Position numbers and translations under genes: made by a program. Under the pieces are notes generated by a model. That model was not told the DNA's origin, did no database searches, and saw only the letters and a program-made list of their open reading frames with translations. From contig CM106585.1 of the NCBI GenBank assembly GCA_048013815.1, positions 10,726,001-10,790,000 on the forward strand: a stretch of DNA of 64,000 nucleotides, in the 5' to 3' direction. Each line of letters starts with the position of its first letter. Position 1 is the first letter of the stretch. This document shows positions 36,372 to 46,756 of this stretch, piece after piece. Source of the DNA: Setoptus koraiensis (Eukaryota; Animalia; Arthropoda).

Positions 36372-38864
36372 ATGATGCGGCGTACGACACGGAAAGCTGC
36401 TCAAAAGGCAAACAATCTGTTCAAGAGTTTGGTGAAAGAAGAAATAAAGGAAGATTCTGAAGAATCAAGTGTAAATGAGGAAACAACCAGCAACTGCAAT
36501 CTCAACTTAGAAGAATCTGGATTGAAAAAACCTTCTGCGAGGGCAAGAAGAAGGAGGCCTGAAAAGAAAACAAGTAAGAAATTATCCCAGGATGATAGTG
36601 ATTCTGACTTGGATTTCGTTGATTCAGCTGAGATCGATGACGCAATTGATCGTGAAGAGGATATTGACCCAGACGACCCCGATGAACTAAGACGATTTAA
36701 GATTCGTCAATCAAACAGGGAACACGCAAAAAAATTGAAGATCCTCCGCTTTTGGGGCACACACTGGTCTGGCCCTGAGAAACGGTTCGGGACACCTTAC
36801 AAGACTTCCTATGCCAACAGTCTCATAGCCAATGGAAAGAAGGTAACCTGCCCAATTGCCGGTTGTTGCAAGTCGTTTACAACCAGGCAAGGACTCGACT
36901 ACCATTACAAGAGATGCAATCTGGATAATAAATTTAGGTGTAAATTGTGTGCGCCACCCACAAATGTATTTTCAACACATGGTGAAATTCTGAGACATCT
37001 GGTAATTATCCATTTAGATGAACTACCAACTCTCCCAGAGGGGCTTTCAAAAGGCCTGGAGATTTACTTCAAGAAAGATGAAACCACTGTTGGGAAATAC
37101 ACAAAAAACAATGATGAAACTGCTTGTCAAGAATCACTGAAGCAGTGCAAGTCTTTCTACGAACTCAACTTTGGCTCTCAAAACTACCTCCATTGGATGC
37201 CAAAGAGAAAGAATTGGCTGTTGATCCAGTCAGTCTCTGAGATCAAGAATTTCACTCTACCGGAGAAAGAATCTGTTAATGTAAGAATATCCGATGATTG
37301 GAAAAGATTGACAGCAGGTCAAGCAGAGGATGATGATGATTCGAGCATCTTTTACGTTGGAGGAGTACCCTCATCATCTGCCTGGTGTCCTATTCCTTTT
37401 CAAAGTGCTTGTGAAGCGAGGGAGTATATAGCGATTTCTGTAAGTTGTTCAGATATGGACACCTCTCGAACTTATAAAGACGCTAAATTAGAATCGGGAG
37501 TGATTCAGCTGTGGTCGTGTGGGATCACATCGGCAATAGACCCACATACCACAATCAACTGTAAACCAGTTTTGAATTTTGCAATCGCACATCAGTATGG
37601 CCATATATGGGATATGAGCTGGTGTCCTGGAGGCACAACGTGGCAGCACCCCAACACAGTTCCAGCATCAGAAGAGGAGATGCCTAGACTTGGATTGCTA
37701 TCAATTGCTTGTGGAGATGGTCAAATCCGTATAATTAGTATACCACATCCGGAAGCCCTGGAAAAGTCACAGGACCAAGACGACCTCTCACAGCGATTAT
37801 TCAATGTTACACCTGTTGCCAATCTGACTGCACCAGGTGTTGGCTCTTCAACTGATTACCACCCTACAATATGCAAAAGTATTTGTTGGAGCATAACTAA
37901 TCAAGGCTTGATTGCCGCCGGCTATGGAAATGGTCACGTGGCGATATTCGAACTCAATACCAAGTCCCCGATTCTTCTCTACCAACAAGAGGGCAGATCT
38001 GTTCTCAGACCGCTGAAATCGTGGGTGGCTCACGCAGGTGCCGTAACTGGTTTAACGTGGTCACCTTATGATCGACCCCATATTTTAGTTACCGGCGGTT
38101 ATGATCGAAACATAAAATTTTGGAACCTCGAAGATATGGAATCTTGCCTGACTTTGGAAAAGAGTCCTGTAACGAAGTTATATTGGGATTATAGACACAG
38201 AGGGGTGATAGCTTCTTTCGACACTGCTTTCACCAGTTTTGTGAATCGGGTTCTATTCCGATACCCTGCCAAAGATGGTTGGGAAGGTTCCACAGCGAGT
38301 GTACATCGAGCCACTGTTTGGGATATATCGTCCTCAGTTATAACAAATGCAATGGCAAGTTGCGATGGTGCTGGAGAAGTTGTGATTGTATCTTCATTCA
38401 TACCGAAAGCGATTGAGGTCAAACGACGGACTCCAACTACCTTTAGACATAGTCTATACTCGATAGTTCCTATACCGTTGGATCTATCTGATCTCAAATA
38501 CGACGATGCCAGTGAAGAACCAACAGATGGTCCGTCCAAGTTTACATTGCCATCAAGTTATCGCCCTATATCTTCGTATCATGAATTTAAACAAGAGTTT
38601 GGATTGAAGTTCGTGCCTTATACAGATGGTTTACTCGATTCTTGCAAGCGAGGAAGTGATATCAAGCAACTTAATTGTGATCGTGTTTGTGATTATCCGT
38701 TCTCATCGGTAACAGGTATAGCGTGGAGTCCCAACATCTTGTCCTACCCGTATTTGTTTACCGCTACACAAGTTGGAATCTGTCGCTTAGAGAGGGTAGA
38801 TTCAGTATATAACTTAAATAAGAAACTCGCTATAAAAGTATTTTCCTCTTTCATCCAAAATTGA
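36372..38864 (+). CDS. GTF3C2: General transcription factor IIIC subunit 2-like (WD40) with N-terminal zinc fingers, single coding exon
   Basis: FYVGG...AWCP, YIAIS, IQLWSCG, AHQYGHIWDMSWCP, RLGLLSIACGDGQIRIISIPHP, IAAGYGNGHVAIFEL and WVAHAGAVTGLTWSP are typical of TFIIIC-beta. CPIAGC.K.F..RQGLDYHYKRC and CKLC...LRHLVIIH zinc fingers lie upstream. Confidence 0.82.
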   Translation: MMRRTTRKAAQKANNLFKSLVKEEIKEDSEESSVNEETTSNCNLNLEESGLKKPSARARRRRPEKKTSKKLSQDDSDSDLDFVDSAEIDDAIDREEDIDPDDPDELRRFKIRQSNREHAKKLKILRFWGTHWSGPEKRFGTPYKTSYANSLIANGKKVTCPIAGCCKSFTTRQGLDYHYKRCNLDNKFRCKLCAPPTNVFSTHGEILRHLVIIHLDELPTLPEGLSKGLEIYFKKDETTVGKYTKNNDETACQESLKQCKSFYELNFGSQNYLHWMPKRKNWLLIQSVSEIKNFTLPEKESVNVRISDDWKRLTAGQAEDDDDSSIFYVGGVPSSSAWCPIPFQSACEAREYIAISVSCSDMDTSRTYKDAKLESGVIQLWSCGITSAIDPHTTINCKPVLNFAIAHQYGHIWDMSWCPGGTTWQHPNTVPASEEEMPRLGLLSIACGDGQIRIISIPHPEALEKSQDQDDLSQRLFNVTPVANLTAPGVGSSTDYHPTICKSICWSITNQGLIAAGYGNGHVAIFELNTKSPILLYQQEGRSVLRPLKSWVAHAGAVTGLTWSPYDRPHILVTGGYDRNIKFWNLEDMESCLTLEKSPVTKLYWDYRHRGVIASFDTAFTSFVNRVLFRYPAKDGWEGSTASVHRATVWDISSSVITNAMASCDGAGEVVIVSSFIPKAIEVKRRTPTTFRHSLYSIVPIPLDLSDLKYDDASEEPTDGPSKFTLPSSYRPISSYHEFKQEFGLKFVPYTDGLLDSCKRGSDIKQLNCDRVCDYPFSSVTGIAWSPNILSYPYLFTATQVGICRLERVDSVYNLNKKLAIKVFSSFIQN

Positions 38865-39121
38865 CATATAACAATTAATATATACTAGACATAGATTTTA
38901 ATAAACTACCATTCCACAGTCAAATTCCGGACCAATCCACGGTCGGAAATTTCAAACTTCGCGCGGACCTATAAAAATGTTCCATGTTCCATTTGACAGA
39001 CACTTGTCGGTCTAACTTTCTTCCAGCTGTATCAGCTTCGATATCCACCATTTTTTACATTAGATAAGATTTCTATTATTTATTTATTATTGATTTCTAT
39101 GCAGCCAACAATCGGCAAGAG

Positions 39122-40836
39122 ATGGCTAGAGATAATTCGCCATTGGCTAAGTCACGTCACACCTCAGTTCAGGCAATAAGCAACCTCAAAGGTGATTACA
39201 TCAACATAGCATTCCTATTACTGTTATATGTACTTCAAGGTATTCCTATTGGTTTAAGCAGCGCAGTCCCTTTGTTACTGCAAAATAGAAAGGTTAGCTA
39301 CTCAGAACAAGCTCTTTTTAGTTTCGTGACATGGCCATTTAGTATAAAATTATTGTGGGCTCCGATTGTGGATTCTGTTTTCTTCAAAAGTATTGGTAGA
39401 CGAAAATCATGGCTTGTACCAACACAATTGCTAATAGGATTGTTCATGTTGATTCTATCAAGATCGGTTACATCGCTTATGGCAGACGATCCCGTGACTG
39501 GGGCTAAGCCTGATATTGTGCTGTTGACATTCATATTTTTAATGCTAAACTTTCTAGCTGCAACTCAAGATATCGCCGTCGATGGGTGGGCCCTCACGAT
39601 GTTGTCGAGAAAGAATGTTGGCTATGCTTCTACATGCAACACAGTTGGACAAACGGCGGGATTCTTCATAGGAAATGTGGTCTTTTTGGCTTTGGAATCA
39701 GCCGATTTTTGCAATAAATATATTAGGTCAAACGAAAATCAATCAACTCTAGGCATCGTGACCTTTGAAAGTTTCTTATATAACTGGGGTATTATATTTA
39801 CAGTAGTTACAATACTTGTCGCAATCTTGAAGAATGAAAACAAAAAACCATCCTCGAATTATAACAATCAAGATCACGAATTAGCAACTAAACTAAACCC
39901 AAGAAGATCTCTCAGGAGTAGCTCAAGCAAATTCAATGATAAAAGGGGAGACTCGCCAGAAGAGGAAGTAGAATTGGGAATTAGAGAAACTTATGCTAAA
40001 TTATACAAAATCCTGAAACTGCAGAGCTTTCAACTGTTAGCTGTGATTCTATTGACTAGCAAGATAGGATTTTCAGCCCCTGAGGCTGTGACAGGACTGA
40101 AACTTGTTGAATCGGGGGTCCACAAAGAGAATTTAGCTCTTTTGGCAGTGCCAATGGTTCCGCTCCAAATAGTTTTACCTTGGCTTCTAAGCCGGATTAC
40201 CTGTGGACCTCGCCCCCTTGATCTTTTCACCAGAGCTTTTCCTTACAGGTGCGTAGAAGTTAACTGTATTCCGACATTTCAGTTTAGTTTAGACAAAATT
40301 TCTAATTCTGCTTTAATGATGGTCTAAATAATTGTAGGCTGGCATTTGGAATAGTTTTTCCTTTAATTGTTTACTGGACGTCTCTAGTCAAATTGGAGGA
40401 CGGCACCTTCCCCATTTACTATTACTTTGTTTTAATAGTAGTCTATGCGCTTGAGCAAGTATCAGTTTACAGTATGTTTGTGGCTACAATGGCTTTTCAT
40501 GCCTCAGTAAGCGATCCAACAATTGGTGGCACTTACATGACCTTATTAAATACGATAACAAATCTCGGTGGAAATTGGCCCTCTACCTTATCTCTATGGT
40601 TGGTAGATAAGCTGTCATGGGAAAACTGTGTGGAAATCTGTGTCCCGACTAATAGCTCTATTACACTAAATGACGAAATACCTACGACCTGCTCCAAATC
40701 TTGTACTACAACGTTTGACGGATATTATCTCGAATGCGTAATCTGTGTAGTTTTTGGTTTCCTATGGCTACAATGGGGCGGCAGAAAAATCAAGAGACTG
40801 CAATCACTTCCGGCATCTGCCTGGAATTGTCGATAA
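39122..40836 (+). CDS. SLC33A1: Acetyl-CoA transporter 1 (AT-1); exons 39122-40248 and 40338-40836
   Basis: LLLYVLQGIPIGL, WPFSIKLLWAPIVDS, GRRKSWLVPTQ, AATQDIAVDGWALTML, STCNTVGQTAG and DP.IGGTYMTLLNTI.NLGG.WP. One GT-AG phase-2 intron. Confidence 0.95.
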
Positions 40837-41327
40837 AGACAAGTGAGTTAACAAGAGAGTAGCATTGTGATGGTAATTTATTTACGGCAGCATTTCTCTC
40901 GGCTCACATATATAGTTAAAAAAACTAACTAATCACGAAGATATCAAATAATTTATAAAAATACATCTATATATATATATATAAAAGAAAATAGGATCAA
41001 ACGAGAAAAGCGATAATTTCTTAACTTGTTAACTCAATACTTTACGTGTCCACCGCTCATTTTCTGCTATCTCAAAAGCATTGTACATGGTAGTAGTGAA
41101 GTTTTGTGAAAACGAAGCGATAGATTGTCAGCTGAAGATATTTCAAATGGAAGAGAAGGGGCGTAGATGCTATGTGAGGACCAATCTAGTAGATTATGGG
41201 ATACACTCCAACAAGAATCAAGCCAAAATGGTGTCTTCCCTTGTCATGTGATATTGACATGATCAACTTGATTTTTTTTTATATTTGTTTACATCAAAGT
41301 CTGTGTTCTCCTAACAAATTTACTATT

Positions 41328-42806
41328 TCAGAGATAACAATGGCCTGGCCATCTCGGAAAAGTACTAACGTCTTTAATATTTTCCACGCCCGTCAAAGAT
41401 TGTACAAACCGATCTAAACCAATGCCGAATCCTCCGTGCGGAAATGTTCCATATTTCCTCAGATCGAGATACCAACCCAGCTTATTCTCTAAATCTAATT
41501 CGCCCTGATTTATCCGTCGCACCCTATCTAAAAGAGTTTCATAAGAATCTTCACGTAAGCCACCTCCACATATCTCGCCTCCTGTCGGAGCTATCAGATC
41601 GAAACATTTAGCCTCCTGCTTTGTTTGGTCAATTTTCATGTAAAACGGCTTCAGGTATTCTGGGTAGTTAGTGATAAATAGCGGCACGTTATCACAATAC
41701 TCCAGGAGTTGTCGCTCGTGAGTTCTGGAGATATCTTGGCCATATTTTATGTCTACATTCTTCTGTTTCAAGTTGTCGATCGCCTCTGAGTACTGCATGC
41801 GAATAAAAGGTTTAGTCAAAAGTTTGTCCACTTTATCAGTGTTATCTAATCTTTGAATTAATTCATTAGCGTCAGCCCTGTGATCACTAATTTTCGTGAT
41901 GTAATTTGCCATGAACTTGAGAATAGATTCGACACGATCCATCAAAACATCTAAATCAGTTAGATGAGCTTCTTCGGCCTCAAACATTGAAAATTCACAC
42001 AAATGCCTTTTTGTAACTGAATTCTCGGCTCTGAAAGTGTGTGAAGTAGTATAAACTTTAGATAGAGATGACGCCATGACTTCTAAATGTAATTGAGCTG
42101 AGCAAGTGAGAAAAACATCATCATTAAAGTAGTCTTCTTTGGTGTACCGCCCTGTATTCGGGTTATTTGCCAATCTGATATTAGTCTCGTTCATTTCATC
42201 ATGAGATACGTCATCTATATTATCCGCCTGGGCAACACTTGAGTTATTTACCTTGGTTCTTGTTGCTAGAAACAGGTCTGAATTTGACTCACTATCGTTG
42301 GACGTTAGTACTGGGGTGTCTACTTGAAAGAAGTCCATTTGTTTCATAATCATGTGAGCAGACAAAAGTAGTTCGCTCCTCATTCGGGCAAGTGACGTAA
42401 AAAAGGGTGTTCTAGGTCTGAGATGCATCCACTTGCGATAATAATGAAAAGGATAAAGCTCCTTAGTAGCAGAGAATGGGTACTTGCTAGAATCGCACGG
42501 ACCATGGTATCTCACTCGCTTTATTTTAAACTCAACGGATTGCTTCTGACCCCTGCTACTAATTAAATTGCCAAGGCAACTCAAGTAACTACCAATAGAT
42601 ATCTTATCTTTATGTTCCTTTACGATAACACATTGCAAAGGTGTGTTGGTCGAGCCATCTACCAGATCGACGAATATAACATCTCTGTAACTACGATAAT
42701 TTCTCACGTGTCCGCTTATAATGACAGTTTGATCTTCGATAATCGGGGTGACGAGAGCTTGTCTAATACTACTAATGACAGTTGCTAAATTCGAAGGTTT
42801 AGCCAT
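41328..42806 (-). CDS. NARS2: Asparaginyl-tRNA synthetase, mitochondrial-type, single coding exon
   Basis: OB-fold (F.DL.DGS...LQCV), HLRPRT, LTCSAQLHLE, FRAENS..KRHL.EF.M.EAE, YPEYLKPFYM, FDLIAP..GEICGGGLRE and WYLDLRKYG..PHGGFGIGLDR. Confidence 0.93.
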   Translation of the reverse strand: MAKPSNLATVISSIRQALVTPIIEDQTVIISGHVRNYRSYRDVIFVDLVDGSTNTPLQCVIVKEHKDKISIGSYLSCLGNLISSRGQKQSVEFKIKRVRYHGPCDSSKYPFSATKELYPFHYYRKWMHLRPRTPFFTSLARMRSELLLSAHMIMKQMDFFQVDTPVLTSNDSESNSDLFLATRTKVNNSSVAQADNIDDVSHDEMNETNIRLANNPNTGRYTKEDYFNDDVFLTCSAQLHLEVMASSLSKVYTTSHTFRAENSVTKRHLCEFSMFEAEEAHLTDLDVLMDRVESILKFMANYITKISDHRADANELIQRLDNTDKVDKLLTKPFIRMQYSEAIDNLKQKNVDIKYGQDISRTHERQLLEYCDNVPLFITNYPEYLKPFYMKIDQTKQEAKCFDLIAPTGGEICGGGLREDSYETLLDRVRRINQGELDLENKLGWYLDLRKYGTFPHGGFGIGLDRFVQSLTGVENIKDVSTFPRWPGHCYL

Positions 42807-43205
42807 CGATCTGTCAGGTGAACAAGTGAGATTTCATAAAGCTTTCACTGGTACTTCATCGGACTATTTTCAATGTTTTCATCACGTGTTCTTCTTCACT
42901 ATAGACAACATTCTAAAATGTGGTGGGCGTGCCTACCGAATGGGTGTGAATACTTGAGCAGGGTGAAGCCGACATTGAAACCGCATTAACCGGCAATCAC
43001 TCAGAATTTAATTTCATAACCATCAGCTGTGGGAAGAAGCCTCCATGTGTGTAGAGAAGTTTTATATTGGATGATAATTCTGTAGAGAACAAGCCACTAA
43101 TCAATTCAATTCATTTGTCTACATTGATGGATATGAATTGAATTAACTATGAGATTCTAAAGATGATATCGTGCCAGCAAGACCGAGAAAATACCAATCA
43201 ATACG

Positions 43206-44192
43206 ATGCAAGCGATTTCAGAAAGAAACCAGGACGCAACTATTTACATCGGCGGTTTAGATGATCAGGTTGTCGAGTCTATATTATGGGAATTATTTGT
43301 TCAAGCTGGCCCTGTTGCCAGTGTGCACATGCCTAAAGATAGAATTACCGGTCTGCATCAAGGATATGGATTTGTCGAGTTCATGGGAGAGGAGGACGCC
43401 GATTATGCGATTAAAACTATGAACATGATTAAACTTTACGGGAAACCAATTCGTGTCAACAAGGCTTCTGCTCATCAAAAGAATCTCGATGTTGGAGCAA
43501 ATCTTTTCATAGGAAATTTGGATCCCGAAGTCGATGAAAAGCTTTTGTACGATACATTCTCGGCATTCGGTGTCATACTACAAACACCCAAAATTATGCG
43601 AGATATTGAATCAGGCAATTCCAAAGGCTTTGCATTCTTAAATTTTGCTAGTTTCGACGCCTCCGATGCTGCTATTGAAGCGATGAACGGACAGTTTTTG
43701 TGTAACAGACCAATAACTATCAGTTATGCCTTCAAAAAAGACAGTAAAAATGAAAGACACGGCACAATAGTCGAGAGGTTGCTCGCCCAGAAGAACAAAT
43801 TGATCCAAGCTGACAGACCTAACCAATTCTTTGCCGATGCACCTGTATCAGCTAATGGTCTGGCCAACAATGTTGCACCGACAGTACCAATCAGACCGCC
43901 TCCGCCACCGGCAGAATCACAAATGTTCAGCCAATTCTACCCACATAATCACATGGCTGTACCAGGTTCCCTTGGCGTGTTTCCACTTGGACAAATGGCT
44001 CCTCCTATTCCACAGCCAATGATACCTCTATTACAGGCACCACCGCCTCCTCCACCGCCACCGATGATACCACTTTTACAGGCGCCTCCACCACCCCCGC
44101 CTCCGCCACCTCCTCCTCTGCCTCCTCCGGCAGATTCTGATGACGAAGGCGAAGGGAGTGCAGAAAATCAAGACTCTATGATAGAATCCTAA
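43206..44192 (+). CDS. SF3B4: Splicing factor 3B subunit 4 (SAP49): two RRMs and a Pro-rich tail
   Basis: [14 protein letters not shown]...[32 protein letters not shown] and [29 protein letters not shown]. Confidence 0.97.
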   Translation: MQAISERNQDATIYIGGLDDQVVESILWELFVQAGPVASVHMPKDRITGLHQGYGFVEFMGEEDADYAIKTMNMIKLYGKPIRVNKASAHQKNLDVGANLFIGNLDPEVDEKLLYDTFSAFGVILQTPKIMRDIESGNSKGFAFLNFASFDASDAAIEAMNGQFLCNRPITISYAFKKDSKNERHGTIVERLLAQKNKLIQADRPNQFFADAPVSANGLANNVAPTVPIRPPPPPAESQMFSQFYPHNHMAVPGSLGVFPLGQMAPPIPQPMIPLLQAPPPPPPPPMIPLLQAPPPPPPPPPPPLPPPADSDDEGEGSAENQDSMIES

Positions 44193-44209
44193 AGCCATAA
44201 ATACAATTT

Positions 44210-45223
44210 TTAAAAAAAAGTTTTATTGCTAAAGATATATTGAAGGGGTTTCGCAAATTTCGTTCCAGTTTCCACGGCGACTGTGCTAACTGTCCTGTTC
44301 TTATTATCTTGCTGAATTGATTTTTGGGGGTCGTTTGTGGTAGTAACTGCTGATTGAGTTTTGGTTGAGCTAGTATCCTCTATCTGCTGAGACTCTAAGA
44401 GTTTTATCTGTGATTCAATCAGGGTGGCTAAAGAATTAGCTTGGTTGCTCTTATGGTACTTCAATTTGAGTTCCTTGTACATGCTTTTGAGTTTATTGAG
44501 TCTTCTTTGAAGATTGACAGTCTTAATTGCTTGATAGAATTCTATCATCAAAGCATCCTCGTGCCGTTCTATTGAGTTAAAAAAATCCACCAATTCATTG
44601 TATTCACCGTGCTCCTCTAGATAACTAACATAGTGAGATAACGCAGCAGGTCTTTTTTTCAATTCATCGATAAAAATAGACTTCTTCAAGGTGTTTCGCA
44701 TGAAGAGAACAGTTGCAGTAATTAAATCTCCATATGAATACAAAAGGGCATTCTCTAATAACAAAATTTTATCCTTACGCGATCTAAAATGGGATATCTC
44801 TATTGGGGCTCCTTTTTCAACAATATTTCTAACTGTGAGTTTAGGATCGAAAGTCTTAATTGCTACGTCACTCTGCTGATGTTTTCCGGTTAAATTCACA
44901 TTTGATAACAGAACCAAAATTTGGTGAGGTTCCGGTGTGGCGCAATTTATTATAGATGGTGTCAATGCGGGTTTGTCTAGGATTTTATTTTTGATTTCTT
45001 GTTCATCTGAAGATGATGCTTTCTTACTGCTCAAAGACTGTGCTGTTCTCAGATTGGATTCGCTATTGGAGGAACAGGGTAAAACTTTTGACTCATTCAT
45101 CGATATCGAAGTTGGATTGAGGCCCGACTCATTAAAGATCGACTCTTCGCCGAAACAGTAAACATTTTTCGAACTGTTATTACTATTCCAGTAGTCATCT
45201 TCTTCTTCATAACCTCCCGACAT
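44210..45223 (-). CDS. VIPAS39: VIPAS39/SPE-39 (VPS33B-interacting) homologue, apparently C-terminally short
   Basis: N-terminal EEEDDYWN motif. FRSRKDKILLLENAL...GDLITATVLFMRNTLKKSIFIDELKKRP.AL.HYVSYLEE matches the SPE-39 core. Confidence 0.78.
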   Translation of the reverse strand: MSGGYEEEDDYWNSNNSSKNVYCFGEESIFNESGLNPTSISMNESKVLPCSSNSESNLRTAQSLSSKKASSSDEQEIKNKILDKPALTPSIINCATPEPHQILVLLSNVNLTGKHQQSDVAIKTFDPKLTVRNIVEKGAPIEISHFRSRKDKILLLENALLYSYGDLITATVLFMRNTLKKSIFIDELKKRPAALSHYVSYLEEHGEYNELVDFFNSIERHEDALMIEFYQAIKTVNLQRRLNKLKSMYKELKLKYHKSNQANSLATLIESQIKLLESQQIEDTSSTKTQSAVTTTNDPQKSIQQDNKNRTVSTVAVETGTKFAKPLQYIFSNKTFF

Positions 45224-45847
45224 TTTTGTAGTTCTAGAAACCAGTGATGAAGAACCTAATAGAAATTGTAGCTTGAAATAGTGGATGGGGAATGCATGTT
45301 AGAATTATCACTCATGACAACAATGGGACGACCTCAAGCCACATTTGCAAACAGATGTTAATTCTGGATCCTTCGGGCAGACATTTCGGCAGTCATGAAA
45401 ATAATGTAGATAAAATGCTTTGTTGAGCCCATCCGAAGGGTCGATAGGGAAATTTTGGCTCTTTGTAAAGGACTAGATCGGTGGGGACGACTTTTCATCT
45501 GATGACGAAGAAAAAATATAATCAGCTGCTCAAGAAATCTGCGCAAATTTCATTCGAAACTCGCGCTTTTCAGCGAACGATGTCGCGCATGCGTCTCCTC
45601 TATACTTGTTCCACGCTGAAATCGGATGTGATTCCGAGCGCATTGTCCAGCATTGTGGAACCGGCTACGAATTAAGATATACCCGATATTCTACATTGAT
45701 CCCTGCAATTATATTTGCATCTCCTTGGCCAACACGGGAATATATTGGATATATTTATCAATTGCTTTCAGCTTACAGTACAAATTGCTGTGTTTTTCAA
45801 CCAGATAAAAGGATTTGAAATTTACTCATAAATTAATATTAGACACT

Positions 45848-46595
45848 ATGGCTAAATATTCCAGAGACCCCGTCAACGCATCAAAATGTAAGCTTGAGAT
45901 CCTTCTCTATCTTGATTGAAAGCCCCCTGTTGATAGTATAATAACCAGATTCTCTTTCTCTCTTATTTAGCTTGCCAAGCAAGAGGTTCAAATTTACGTG
46001 TTCATTTCAAGGTAAGGATCTAAGCAACATTTAGGCTGCTATTGTGGCTCATCATTTATCTAGTCTTGAAACGTCTGTGCTAATTATTATCTCTTTTATC
46101 TCCGCGATGCCTATTTAGAACACACGTGAAACCGCTAAAGCCATCAAAGGGATGCCCCTTAGACGCGCTCAACGATATCTCAAGAATGTCATCGCCAAAA
46201 AGGAGATTGTCCCATTTAGACGTTTCAGCGGAGGTGTCGGCCGTAAAGCCCAGGTGAAGGCATTCAATTGCACTCAGGGACGTTGGCCAGCAAAATCAGC
46301 TGAGTTCTTATTACAACTGTTGAGAAATGCCGAAAGTAACGCTGACTTCAAGGGTCTTGATGTTGATCGCCTCGTCATTGAGCACATTCAAGTTAACAGG
46401 GCCGCTAAGATGCGCAGAAGAACCTACAGAGCCCACGGTCGTATCAACCCATACATGAGCAGCCCCAGCCACATTGAAGTTATCTTGACAGAGAGACAGC
46501 ATAAGGTCAGATCAAGCAAAGCTGAAGTCGCTGAGGCACCCAAGAAAGTATCTAAAAAGAAGTTGCTTCGTCAGAAATTAAAGAACCGCGAATAG
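45848..46595 (+). CDS. RpL17: 60S ribosomal protein L17 (uL22); exons 45848-45887, 45971-46011, 46119-46595
   Basis: MAKYSRDP...[14 protein letters not shown]|[12 protein letters not shown]...[20 protein letters not shown]...[20 protein letters not shown]. Two GT-AG introns are in phase. Confidence 0.97.
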
Positions 46596-46756
46596 AGAAT
46601 GTTTTAGGTGTCGAGCTAAAATAAACTTTTCAAAAATAACTGCAACTAATACTATTAACACGATTATATCAAAAATTGGCCTCTTATTCAACTTGGATCT
46701 TTATTATTTGTTAGCTGTAGTAATTCACAATTAGATTGCATACTACCAAACGTCGT

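Noticed and set aside
35788-38864. Bacterial-style operon or horizontal transfer suggested by the closely spaced ORFs
   Set aside because: The main ORF is a eukaryote-specific TFIIIC subunit, there are no Shine-Dalgarno-like signals, and the flanking genes are spliceosomal-intron eukaryotic genes.
45888-46118. Intronic snoRNAs in RpL17, as hosted in vertebrates
   Set aside because: The introns are only 83 and 107 nt, and no paired C (RTGATGA) and D (CTGA) boxes with terminal stems were seen.
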